DNA of 64,000 nucleotides. It comes from Patescibacteria group bacterium. GTDB lineage: Bacteria; Patescibacteriota; Minisyncoccia; Minisyncoccales; Staskawiczbacteraceae. This document shows, one piece after another, positions 39,831 through 49,058 of the stretch. Location of the stretch: NCBI GenBank assembly GCA_038065715.1, contig JBBTQL010000004.1:35693-99692 (forward strand), written 5' to 3'. The notes below the pieces were generated by a model, which saw nothing but the letters and a program-made list of their open reading frames with translations, was not told where the DNA came from and did no database searches. Within the stretch, counting starts at the first letter, position 1, and each line of letters opens with the position of its first letter. The translations under genes were made by a program, and so were the position numbers.

Positions 39831-41482
39831 TAAAAGAAGAAATAAAAAAAATAGTGGAAAACTCAATTAAAAACCTGCAAAAACAGGGCGCATTTTTAAA
39901 ATTAAAAATGCCAGAAATTTTAATTGAGCGGCCTAAAGAAAAAATACGCGGTGACTATTCAACCAACATTGCCTTTGTAATTGGAAAAGATGTTTTGAAA
40001 AATCCATTTGAAACGGCATTGCTTTTGAAAACAGAAATTGTCTCGCTTTGCGAGATCTCGCGCAGCGAGAAAAAACAAAAATCTGTAATAGAAAAAGTTG
40101 AGGTAGTGGGAGGGTTTATTAATTTTTTTGTTGCTGACGATTATTTTAAAAATCAGCTGCAAATTATTTTAAAACAAAAAAACAAATTTGGAGATTTAAA
40201 ACTTGGTAAAAGTCAAAAAGTAAACATAGAATTTATTTCTGCAAATCCAACAGGGCCGTTAACTTTAGGAAACGGCAGAGGAGGATTTTGTGGCGATGTT
40301 TTGGCTAATGTTTTAGAAAAAGCAGGATATAAAGTTGAAAGAGAATATTATATTAACAATACCGGAGCTCAAATTAAAAAACTTGGGCATTCTGTAATTG
40401 GAGATGCAGAAGCTGTTTACAAAGGAAAATATATTATTGATTTAAGAAACAAAGTTAAGGGAGATGACCCCGAGAAAGTTGGAGAAAAATCGGCAAAAAT
40501 TATTTTAGAAAAAATGATAAAGCCGTCTGTAAAAAAAATGGGAATTAAATTTGACACATGGTTTTCAGAAAAAACTCTCTATAAAAATAAAGAAGTAGAT
40601 AAAACAATACAAGAATTGGCTAAAAAAGGGTTCACCTATGAAAGCGAAGACGCTGTGTGGTTTAAATCTAAAGAATTGGGCGATGACAAAGACAGGGTTT
40701 TGGTGAGAGCCGACGGAATTAAAACATATTTTGCTTCAGATATTGCTTATTTTAAAAATAAATTTAAAAGAGGGTTTGGTAAACTTATTATGTTTTTGGG
40801 AGCCGACCACTATGGATATGTTCCGAGGCTAAAAGCTGCCTCGCTTGCTTTTGGTTTTAAAAAAGACAGTATTGATGCTATTGTTATGCAGTTGGTGCGG
40901 CTTTATGAAAAAGGCAAAGAAGTAAGAATGGCAAAAAGGACTGGTATTTATGTAACAATAGATGAGTTAATTGGCGAGGTTAGTTTGGATGTTGCCAGAT
41001 TTTTCTTTTTAATGATAAGCCCTAATACCCACATGAATTTTAATTTGGATTTAGCAAAAGAAAAATCAGAGAAAAATCCGGTTTTTAAAGTGCAATATGC
41101 GCATGCCCGAATTTGCTCAATTTTCCGAAAATTTGGAAATTTCAAATTTTCCCGATTTCATCGAGGATCCTCAATGGCAAAGCCATCGGGACAAATTTCA
41201 AATTTAAAATTATTAAATGAGCCGAGCGAGTTAGGGTTAATTAGAGAATTAATTAAACTTCCAGAAATTATTGAAGAGATAGCTAAAGATTATCAAGTTC
41301 AAAGACTACCGCAATACGCAATGGATTTAACTGATGCATTCCATAGATTTTATGAAAACTGTAAAGTCCTGAGCGAAGTCGAAGGATTGCGTGATGCCCG
41401 CTTGTCTCTTGTTATGGCAACAAAAATTGTTTTAAAAAATACATTAGACTTAATGGGAATATCTGCTCCTGAAAAAATGTGA
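39827..41482 (+). CDS. argS: Arginine--tRNA ligase
   Basis: 551 aa with SANPTGPLTLGNGRG and VQYAHARICS; ends in M. Carries inserts at 40049-40078, 41137-41205 and 41368-41392. Confidence 0.95.
   Translation: MIKEEIKKIVENSIKNLQKQGAFLKLKMPEILIERPKEKIRGDYSTNIAFVIGKDVLKNPFETALLLKTEIVSLCEISRSEKKQKSVIEKVEVVGGFINFFVADDYFKNQLQIILKQKNKFGDLKLGKSQKVNIEFISANPTGPLTLGNGRGGFCGDVLANVLEKAGYKVEREYYINNTGAQIKKLGHSVIGDAEAVYKGKYIIDLRNKVKGDDPEKVGEKSAKIILEKMIKPSVKKMGIKFDTWFSEKTLYKNKEVDKTIQELAKKGFTYESEDAVWFKSKELGDDKDRVLVRADGIKTYFASDIAYFKNKFKRGFGKLIMFLGADHYGYVPRLKAASLAFGFKKDSIDAIVMQLVRLYEKGKEVRMAKRTGIYVTIDELIGEVSLDVARFFFLMISPNTHMNFNLDLAKEKSEKNPVFKVQYAHARICSIFRKFGNFKFSRFHRGSSMAKPSGQISNLKLLNEPSELGLIRELIKLPEIIEEIAKDYQVQRLPQYAMDLTDAFHRFYENCKVLSEVEGLRDARLSLVMATKIVLKNTLDLMGISAPEKM
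41137..41205 (+). repeat. Composite insert in argS: family A copy A3 nested within an AAATTTC heptamer repeat
   Basis: AAATTTCAAATTT (41137-41149), then TCCCGATTTCATCGAGGATCCTCAATGGCAAAGCCATCGGGAC, then AAATTTCAAATTT (41193-41205). Encodes GNFKFSRFHRGSSMAKPSGQISNLK. Confidence 0.8.
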
Positions 41483-41536
41483 AATTTAGCTATGCTGAAT
41501 TTCATCCTGAGCTATTGCGAAGGATAAATTATTACT

Positions 41537-42106
41537 ATGAAACTAAATAATAAATACTATGTTTTACGCCATGGGGAGGCTTTGTCTAATGTTAAAAATA
41601 TTGTTTCTTGCTGGCCTGAAAAATTTGAAAATTCATTAACAAAAAATGGAATATCGCAGATTAAAATAGTTGCGCAAGAGTTAAGGAATAAAAATATAAA
41701 TTTAGTATTAGCTTCAGATTTATTAAGAACTAAACAAACAGCAGAAATCAGCGGCAATATTTTGGGAATAAAGCCGGAATATGATAAAAGGCTAAGAGAA
41801 ATTGATTTTGGGATCCTTAACGGGGGTTTGGCATCAGATTTCGAAAAATATTTTAAAAATTATTTAGAAAGAATAGACAAGGCCACGCCAGAGGGAGAAA
41901 ACTATAAAGATGTTTTTAAAAGAGTTGCTGATTTTTTTAAAGAAATAAATAATAAATATAAAGATAAAAATATCTTGATAATTAGCCACCAGGCCCCGCT
42001 TTTTCTACTGGAAGGATATATGAGGGGTTTTTCGATTGAACAAACTATCGAAAATTTTCCAGAAGAAAAAATGCTTCGCAACGGAGAATTAAGAGGATTA
42101 AATTAG
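41537..42106 (+). CDS. Histidine phosphatase family protein (phosphoglycerate mutase-like)
   Basis: RHGE motif (YYVLRHGEALSN), 189 aa. Confidence 0.8.
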   Translation: MKLNNKYYVLRHGEALSNVKNIVSCWPEKFENSLTKNGISQIKIVAQELRNKNINLVLASDLLRTKQTAEISGNILGIKPEYDKRLREIDFGILNGGLASDFEKYFKNYLERIDKATPEGENYKDVFKRVADFFKEINNKYKDKNILIISHQAPLFLLEGYMRGFSIEQTIENFPEEKMLRNGELRGLN

Positions 42107-42187
42107 AAGTATTGACAGATTTTTTAAAAAAGATAAAATGAATATGTAATACAAATTATTACATATTATAATTAATATTTTAATTTT

Positions 42188-42406
42188 ATGCGCTCAATTG
42201 TTAATATATCATTATCAAAAGAACTTGTTTCTGATTTGAATAAGGCGGTAAAAAAGGGAAAATATTCAAGCAAAAGCGAATTTTTGAGAGAACTTATAAG
42301 AGAAAGAATTGAACAGGAAGATTTGTTGAGGAGGGTAAGGATAAGTCAAAAAGAAATAAAACAAGGTAAAGGAAAAATTCTTAAGTCATTAAAAGATTTA
42401 AGGTAA
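42188..42406 (+). CDS. Ribbon-helix-helix (CopG-like) antitoxin
   Basis: 72 aa with ISLSKELVSDLNKAVKKGKYSSKSEFLRELIRE. Lies 7 nt upstream of the toxin gene. Confidence 0.7.
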   Translation: MRSIVNISLSKELVSDLNKAVKKGKYSSKSEFLRELIRERIEQEDLLRRVRISQKEIKQGKGKILKSLKDLR

Positions 42407-42413
42407 TTTTATC

Positions 42414-42671
42414 ATGCAGATTATTTATTCTCCGCAATTTGTAAAAGATTACAAAAAAATAAACGAGCAGACAAAGAGAAAAGCGGAGGCGAAAGAAAAT
42501 ATTCTTCGCAATAATCCTTTCGACAGCCGTTTAAAAACCCATAAATTAAGCGGTAAGTTTTATGATTTTTGGTCGTTTTCCGTTGATTATAATTGCAGAA
42601 TAATTTTTGAGTTTAAAAATGAAAAAATTGTTATATTCCATGCAATTGGTAGCCATTCTATTTATAAATGA
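42414..42671 (+). CDS. RelE/ParE-family toxin
   Basis: 85 aa with ...LKTHKLSGKFYDFWSFSVDYNCRIIFEF....IVIFHAIGSHSIYK. Confidence 0.8.
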   Translation: MQIIYSPQFVKDYKKINEQTKRKAEAKENILRNNPFDSRLKTHKLSGKFYDFWSFSVDYNCRIIFEFKNEKIVIFHAIGSHSIYK

Positions 42672-42728
42672 TGTAAAAAAAGAATTCACAAAGCAGAAAG
42701 AAGAGAATCAAATTAAATTTTAATAAAT

Positions 42729-43355
42729 ATGCTAAAAGAAAATATTTCAGAAATTGTAGAAGGACTTTTAAAACTTCAAAAAAAATATTCTTCTACTCCC
42801 AGATCTATAGTGACCTACGATAGGAATAAAAATATTATTGAATCGGGTTTATTAAAAGAATATAATTATGACTCTGAAATAATTCGCGAGCCGCTAATTG
42901 AACATGTTGGGCATCTGCCGATTATTGCATCTTATTTGCACCAATTTATTGAACATAAAAATAAAGTTGATTTAGGAAAGTCATTAATTATTTTATCAGT
43001 GCATGATATTGGGGAAACAGAAGTCGGAGACATGATAACTTATTCAAAAACAAAATCGCACGAAAAAGCAGAAGAGAAAGCCGCTTTTAAAATCCTGCCT
43101 GATTATTTGTATAAATATTTTATAGAATATGATGAGGCAAAAACCATAGATGCCAAGTTTGCCAAGTCGGTTGATTCTTTGGCGCCATTATTACACGAAT
43201 TAACATTGCCAAAAATTACAGCCGAAAGATTTAAATATCATAATTTCAGCGTTGATAAAATTGTTGTAAAGAAAAAAGTATATTTTAAATGGGATAATGT
43301 TTTATCTAAAATATTTGATTATGTGACAGACGAATTAAGAAAAATAGAAAAATAA
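42729..43355 (+). CDS. HD-domain hydrolase (YfbR-like)
   Basis: EHVGHLP...SVHDIGETEVGD pattern. Confidence 0.65.
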   Translation: MLKENISEIVEGLLKLQKKYSSTPRSIVTYDRNKNIIESGLLKEYNYDSEIIREPLIEHVGHLPIIASYLHQFIEHKNKVDLGKSLIILSVHDIGETEVGDMITYSKTKSHEKAEEKAAFKILPDYLYKYFIEYDEAKTIDAKFAKSVDSLAPLLHELTLPKITAERFKYHNFSVDKIVVKKKVYFKWDNVLSKIFDYVTDELRKIEK

Positions 43356-43364
43356 TTTTTAAAT

Positions 43365-46313
43365 ATGTATAATTTTCCAGAAGCAGAAAATAAAATCTTA
43401 AAGTTTTGGCAGGATAACAAAATTTTTGAAAAGTTAAGACAAAAAAATAAAAAGGGAAAACCATGGTCTTTTTTAGACGGGCCTATAACTGCAAACAATC
43501 CGATGGGCGCGCATCATGCATGGGGCAGAAGTTATAAAGATATTTTTCAGAGATATAAGGCGATGCAAGGTTATGACCAGCGATATCAAAATGGTTTTGA
43601 TTGCCAGGGATTGTGGGTTGAAGTTGAAGTTGAAAAAGAGCTGGGCTTTAAAAATAAAAAAGATATTGAAAAATATGGAATTGATAAATTTGTTGAAAAA
43701 TGCAAAGAAAGAGTTGAAAAATATTCAACCATACAGACGCAGCAGTCAATAAGATTGGGCCAATGGATGGATTGGGAAAATTCTTATTACACAATGTCTG
43801 ATGAAAACAATTATGCTATTTGGCATTTTTTAAAAAAATGTTGGCAAGAGGGCTATTTATATAAAGGCAGGGATTCGGTTCCTTGGTGTCCAAGATGCGG
43901 AACTGCAATTTCTCAGCATGAAATTTTAACAGAAGAATATAAAGAAATAACGCACAAAGCCATATATTTTAAGTTACCCGTGATAGAGGGCAAACTAAAA
44001 GGCAAAAAGTTTTTGGTTTGGACGACTACTCCATGGACAATTCCAGCTAACGTTGCTTTGGTCGTAAACCCAGATTTTGATTACGGAATTTATAAAAAAG
44101 ATAACGAAGAATTAATTTTATTGAAATCTTTAGCCGAAAAAGTTTTACATGCCCGCGAAGGCGGGGGTAAAGATTATATTTTAGAAAAGAAAATTAAAGG
44201 CAAAGATTTAAAGGGCATAAAATATGAAGGGCCGTTTGACAGCCTACCTAGAGTTAAAAAAATAAAAGAAGAAAAAATAGACACATTTCATACGGTTGTT
44301 TTAGATAAAGATTTAGTGACAGAAACAGAGGGAACGGGAATTGTGCACTGTGCGCCGGGCGCCGGCGAAGAAGATTTTAAAATAAGCCAAAGAGAGGGCT
44401 TAGCGGTAATTGATGTGATTGATGAAGCAGCAGTGTATTTGCCGGAAATGGAAGAATTTTCTGGAAAAAATGCAAAAAAAATTCCAGATATTATTTTTGA
44501 TTATTTAAAATCCAGTGAAAATGGAAAATTCTTTTTTAAGATAGAAGATTATACGCACCGCTATCCTACTTGCTGGAGATGTAAAACAGAATTAGTTTGG
44601 AGGGTTGTTGACGAGTGGTATATTTCTATGGATAAGTTAAGAAAAAATTTAGAAAAAATTACAAAAAAAATAAATTGGATTCCATCTTTTGGCAAAGAGC
44701 GTGAGCTTGACTGGTTAAAAAATATGCATGACTGGCTGATTTCTAAAAAAAGGTATTGGGGTTTGGCTTTGCCTATTTTTGAATGCGAATGCGGAAATTT
44801 TGAGGTTATTGGCTCAAAAGAAGAGCTAAAAAAGAGAGCGATAGAAGGTTGGGATAAATTTGAAAATAATTCTCCTCATAGGCCGTGGATAGACAATGTA
44901 AAAATAAAATGCAAAAAATGCAAAAAAATAGTTTCAAGAATTAAAGATGTGGGCAGCCCTTGGTTAGATGCTGGAATTGTTTCTTTTTCCACAATGAAAT
45001 ATTTTTCAGATAAGTCATATTGGAAAAAATGGTTTCCTATAGAATTAGTTTGTGAATCATTTCCCGGGCAATTTAAAAATTGGTTTTATAGTTTGTTAGT
45101 GATGTCAGTTGTTTTAGAAGATACAAATCCAATAAAAACAATTTTTGGTTATGCCTTAGTCCGCGATGAAAAAGGAGAGGAAATGCACAAATCAAAAGGT
45201 AATGCCATTTGGTTTGACGAGGCCGTAGAAAAAATTGGGGCTGATCCAATGCGCTGGATGTATTCAAAACAAAATCCAGCAGAAAATCTTAATTTTGGTT
45301 ATAATACAGCCGATGAAGTAAAAAGAAGACTGTTAACACTTTATAATGTTTATGCTTTTTTCAATACCTATGTTAAAAAAGAAGAATTTGAAAATATAGA
45401 TTTGAATCCAAAGCCGAAAAGTGTTTTAGATAAATGGATTTTGTCAAAAATAGACCATTTAATTGGCGCTTGTGAATTTAATCTTGAAAAATACGATGTT
45501 GCTAAAGTAGTTTTAGCCATAGAAGATTTTTTCATAAATGATTTGTCTTTATGGTATATAAGAAGGTCAAGGAAAAGATTTCATCCTTCGGCGGACTCGG
45601 GGCAAGTCAATGATAGCCAAGATAGGTCAGAGGCGATGTCAGCTCTTTATTATGCGCTTTTGAATATTACAAAGCTAATAAGTCCGATAATGCCATTTTT
45701 TGCAGAAGAAATGTATCAAAATTTAAAAACAAACAATATGCTAGAATCGGTTCATTTGTGTAGTTGGCCTCAATTAAAAAAAGAAGGTTATGTTGATTTA
45801 GAACTTGAAGGCAAAATGGACGAAGCCCGCAATATTGTTAATTTGGCCTTAGCAGAAAGGGCCGAAAAAGTAATCAAAGTAAGACAGCCAATTGCTTTGA
45901 TTAAAATAAAAAATAAGAAATTAAAAATTGAGGGCGATAAAGAAATATTAGAATTGATAAAAGACGAGGTTAATACAAAAAAAATTGTTTTTGATGTCAA
46001 AATTAAAAATGAGATAGAGCTTGATACAAAAATTACGCAAGAGTTAAAAGAAGAAGGAATGGTCAGGGAAATAATTAGGTATATTCAAAATATGAGGAAA
46101 GAGGCGGGCTTAATACCAGAAAACAAAATTTTGGTTTTCTTTTTTGGCGGACTCGGAATAAACAAGGTTTTGGAGAAAAATAAAGAGTTTTTATTGAAAG
46201 AAATTAATGCAAAAGATTTTTATTTAGATAAAAAATCAGGCCCAGCTTGCGATATGGAAAAAGAATTTTTAATTGATAACCAAAAAATATTATTAAAAAT
46301 AAAAAAAATATAA
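43365..46313 (+). CDS. ileS: Isoleucine--tRNA ligase
   Basis: 982 aa. HIGH-like PMGAHHAWG, KMSKS-like MHKSKGN, and zinc-binding CWRC/CPRC. GC-rich inserts at 44152-44165 and about 45585-45625. Confidence 0.95.
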   Translation: MYNFPEAENKILKFWQDNKIFEKLRQKNKKGKPWSFLDGPITANNPMGAHHAWGRSYKDIFQRYKAMQGYDQRYQNGFDCQGLWVEVEVEKELGFKNKKDIEKYGIDKFVEKCKERVEKYSTIQTQQSIRLGQWMDWENSYYTMSDENNYAIWHFLKKCWQEGYLYKGRDSVPWCPRCGTAISQHEILTEEYKEITHKAIYFKLPVIEGKLKGKKFLVWTTTPWTIPANVALVVNPDFDYGIYKKDNEELILLKSLAEKVLHAREGGGKDYILEKKIKGKDLKGIKYEGPFDSLPRVKKIKEEKIDTFHTVVLDKDLVTETEGTGIVHCAPGAGEEDFKISQREGLAVIDVIDEAAVYLPEMEEFSGKNAKKIPDIIFDYLKSSENGKFFFKIEDYTHRYPTCWRCKTELVWRVVDEWYISMDKLRKNLEKITKKINWIPSFGKERELDWLKNMHDWLISKKRYWGLALPIFECECGNFEVIGSKEELKKRAIEGWDKFENNSPHRPWIDNVKIKCKKCKKIVSRIKDVGSPWLDAGIVSFSTMKYFSDKSYWKKWFPIELVCESFPGQFKNWFYSLLVMSVVLEDTNPIKTIFGYALVRDEKGEEMHKSKGNAIWFDEAVEKIGADPMRWMYSKQNPAENLNFGYNTADEVKRRLLTLYNVYAFFNTYVKKEEFENIDLNPKPKSVLDKWILSKIDHLIGACEFNLEKYDVAKVVLAIEDFFINDLSLWYIRRSRKRFHPSADSGQVNDSQDRSEAMSALYYALLNITKLISPIMPFFAEEMYQNLKTNNMLESVHLCSWPQLKKEGYVDLELEGKMDEARNIVNLALAERAEKVIKVRQPIALIKIKNKKLKIEGDKEILELIKDEVNTKKIVFDVKIKNEIELDTKITQELKEEGMVREIIRYIQNMRKEAGLIPENKILVFFFGGLGINKVLEKNKEFLLKEINAKDFYLDKKSGPACDMEKEFLIDNQKILLKIKKI

Positions 46314-46314
46314 A

Positions 46315-46614
46315 ATGTCATTATTTGATAAAAAAGGGCAATTACCGAGAAAAGAATTTAGGGATATACTTAAAAGAAGCGATATAAAAACAGGACCAAC
46401 AAAGGGGCTGAATATTAAAGAAAGACTTAAAATAGAAGAAGATGTTTTTCCTAAAAAACACGGTGAAATAATATCAAAAAGTATCTTTGACAGGGGGCTT
46501 AATAATCTTAAAAAGAAAGGCGCATGGGAAGTTGATCTTATAAAGAAATCGAAAATACATAAAAAAATAAAATACTTAAAAAAATTAGAAGAAACAGGAG
46601 GCACAGATAAATAA
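46315..46614 (+). CDS. Basic hypothetical protein
   Basis: 99-aa ORF tightly packed between ileS and recO. Confidence 0.4.
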   Translation: MSLFDKKGQLPRKEFRDILKRSDIKTGPTKGLNIKERLKIEEDVFPKKHGEIISKSIFDRGLNNLKKKGAWEVDLIKKSKIHKKIKYLKKLEETGGTDK

Positions 46615-46615
46615 T

Positions 46616-47371
46616 ATGGCAGTTCATTATAGAACCAAAGGTTTAATCTTTAAAGAAAATAACTGGGCTGAGGCAGATAAAGTTTTTTCTATTTTTACTT
46701 GTGATTTTGGAAGGCTTGAAGTTTTTGCTAAGGCCATAAGAAAAATTACTTCAAAATTAAGAGGAGGAATTGAAATTTTTTCTTTATCTGAAATCGAGTT
46801 TATACAAGGCAAAAACCGCAAAACCTTAACCGACGCAGTTTTTATAAACAATTTTAACAATATAGCGCATGATTTGGAAAAATTAAGAATTGCCAGCAAA
46901 GTTATCCAAGCTTTAGACAACTTTGTTAAAGGCCAAGAGAAAGATGAAAAAATTTGGAATTTGATAATTGATATTTTTGAAAAAATAAATAGCCCATTAT
47001 TATCTCAAGAAAAATATCAATTAACTTATTATTATTTTATTTGGAATTTTTTTTCTATATTGGGATATAAGCCCGAAGTTTCAAAGTGCGCTATATGCCA
47101 GAAAAAGTTAAATCCCTATAATTTATATTTTTGCAATCAAGAAGGAGGAATTATTTGCAAAAATTGTTTTTCAAAAAAAAGAGATGTTAAAAAAATAAAC
47201 TCCAGTATTGTTAAAGTTTTAAGGCTGTTTTTTAAAAAAGACTGGCAAACTATACAAAAATTAAAAATTGAGTTTTCTTTAATAAATCTTTTGAAAGAAG
47301 TTTCTGAAGATTATTATCTTTATCTTTTATCATCGCATTCTTTTAAAGACAGCATAAATGATGTAATATAA
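46616..47371 (+). CDS. recO: DNA repair protein RecO
   Basis: 251 aa. N-terminal OB-fold pattern (GLIFKENNWAEADKVFSIFTCDFGRLEVFAKAIRK) and zinc motif CAIC...CKNC. Confidence 0.8.
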   Translation: MAVHYRTKGLIFKENNWAEADKVFSIFTCDFGRLEVFAKAIRKITSKLRGGIEIFSLSEIEFIQGKNRKTLTDAVFINNFNNIAHDLEKLRIASKVIQALDNFVKGQEKDEKIWNLIIDIFEKINSPLLSQEKYQLTYYYFIWNFFSILGYKPEVSKCAICQKKLNPYNLYFCNQEGGIICKNCFSKKRDVKKINSSIVKVLRLFFKKDWQTIQKLKIEFSLINLLKEVSEDYYLYLLSSHSFKDSINDVI

Positions 47372-47376
47372 AAAAT

Positions 47377-49041
47377 ATGAACAAAAAAGCAACTTTTATA
47401 TTGTTATTTATCGTTATTATGTTAGGTTTTTTAGGATTTTGGTATTACAGAAATACGATTTTTTCAAAAGAAATTTTAAAATTAGAAATCCTTGGACTTG
47501 ATTCTGCTAAAATGGGAGATGAAATTAAGTACACTGTAAAATATAAAAATAACGGCAATTTTGTTTTAGAGCAGCCAAAGCTGATTTTTGAGCTTCCTGA
47601 TAATTCTTTAACCGAGGACGGAAAAACAAGATTTGAAAAGGACCTAAAAGATATTTATCCTGGAGTTGAAGAAATTGTGCAATTTAACGGCAGGCTTCTC
47701 GGAAAAGAGGGCGACTTAAAAGTAGCCAAAGCCTCTCTTTCTTATATTCCAAAAAACATAACAGCCCGCTATGAATCAAGCACTACATTTACCACAAAAA
47801 TTGATGCTGTTGCCATAACTTTAGATTTTGATTTGCCTTCAAAAATAGAAAAAGGCAAGGAAATTTCTTATTCTCTTAATTATTTTTCTAACATAGATTA
47901 TCCTTTAGAAAATCTAAGCATGAAAATTGATTCTGTAAACGGTTTTAACTTTGAGTCGGCAACTCCCTCTTCATTAGATAATTCTGAATGGAAATTACAA
48001 ACATTAAACAAGGCCCAAGGTGGCAGGATAAATGTTAAGGGAGCAATTACGGCCTCTGCTAATAGCCGCATAATATTTGGCGCAACGCTTGGCGTATGGC
48101 AAAACGGAGCATTTATCGCAATAAAACAAACCAACGCAGATATTGAGGTTATTGATCCTTTATTATTTATATCGCAGCAAATAAACGGATCTTCTAATCA
48201 CATTGCTTCTCCCGGTGAAAAGCTGCATTATAAAATATTTTTTAGAAATATCGGCTCCAGTTCTTTTGATAATTTATTTATGATAGTAAGGTTAGACGGT
48301 TTAGCTTTTGATTTGTCTACGCTTCAGTCACAGCAAGGGCAAGCAAGGCCAAATGACAATTTAATTGTTTTTGATTCAAAACAAGTTTCAGAATTAACTC
48401 ATTTAAACCCCCAACAAGAAAACAAAGTTGAATTTGATGTTAAGTTAAAAGACAGCTGGCCTCCTGTTCCAGCTGAAAAAAACAATACAGTTATAAAAAG
48501 CAAGGTTAATATTTCTGATATCAGCCAGGAATTTGATACTAAAGTTAATTCAAGATTAGAAGTTTCTCAAAAAGCATATTACTCAAATCAAGGGAATGTA
48601 GAAAATTCAGGGCCTGTCCCTCCAGAGGTTGGCAAAGCTACCACATATACTATAGTTTGGCAGATTAAAAATTATTTTAACGATGTTAAGAATGTAAAGG
48701 TAAGAGCTGTTTTGCCCCAAGGCGTTGTTTTAACCGGGAAAATACTGCCAGACAATCAAATAGCCAATTTTTCTATGGATAATGGCAGCAGGGAAATTGT
48801 TTGGTCTGCTGGAGATATTTCAGCTGGCGCAGGAATTTCAAGTTCTGGGCCGTCATTATTTTTTCAGGTTTCTTCAACTCCAAGTTCTTTCCAAAAAGGA
48901 GGGACAGCGAGCCTTATTGGCCAGGCAACAATTTTTGGCGAAGACCAATTTACTAATTCCACTGCTCAAAGCAATGCGCCAGCGGCAGATACTAATTTGC
49001 CAGATGACCAAAATAATTCTGGCGGCGGAATCGTGCAGTAA
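47377..49041 (+). CDS. Membrane-anchored protein with repeated Ig-like (DUF11/CARDB-like) domains
   Basis: 554 aa with an N-terminal TM helix and repeated beta-rich segments. Confidence 0.5.
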   Translation: MNKKATFILLFIVIMLGFLGFWYYRNTIFSKEILKLEILGLDSAKMGDEIKYTVKYKNNGNFVLEQPKLIFELPDNSLTEDGKTRFEKDLKDIYPGVEEIVQFNGRLLGKEGDLKVAKASLSYIPKNITARYESSTTFTTKIDAVAITLDFDLPSKIEKGKEISYSLNYFSNIDYPLENLSMKIDSVNGFNFESATPSSLDNSEWKLQTLNKAQGGRINVKGAITASANSRIIFGATLGVWQNGAFIAIKQTNADIEVIDPLLFISQQINGSSNHIASPGEKLHYKIFFRNIGSSSFDNLFMIVRLDGLAFDLSTLQSQQGQARPNDNLIVFDSKQVSELTHLNPQQENKVEFDVKLKDSWPPVPAEKNNTVIKSKVNISDISQEFDTKVNSRLEVSQKAYYSNQGNVENSGPVPPEVGKATTYTIVWQIKNYFNDVKNVKVRAVLPQGVVLTGKILPDNQIANFSMDNGSREIVWSAGDISAGAGISSSGPSLFFQVSSTPSSFQKGGTASLIGQATIFGEDQFTNSTAQSNAPAADTNLPDDQNNSGGGIVQ

Positions 49042-49058
49042 TTAAAAAAGAAAAAATT

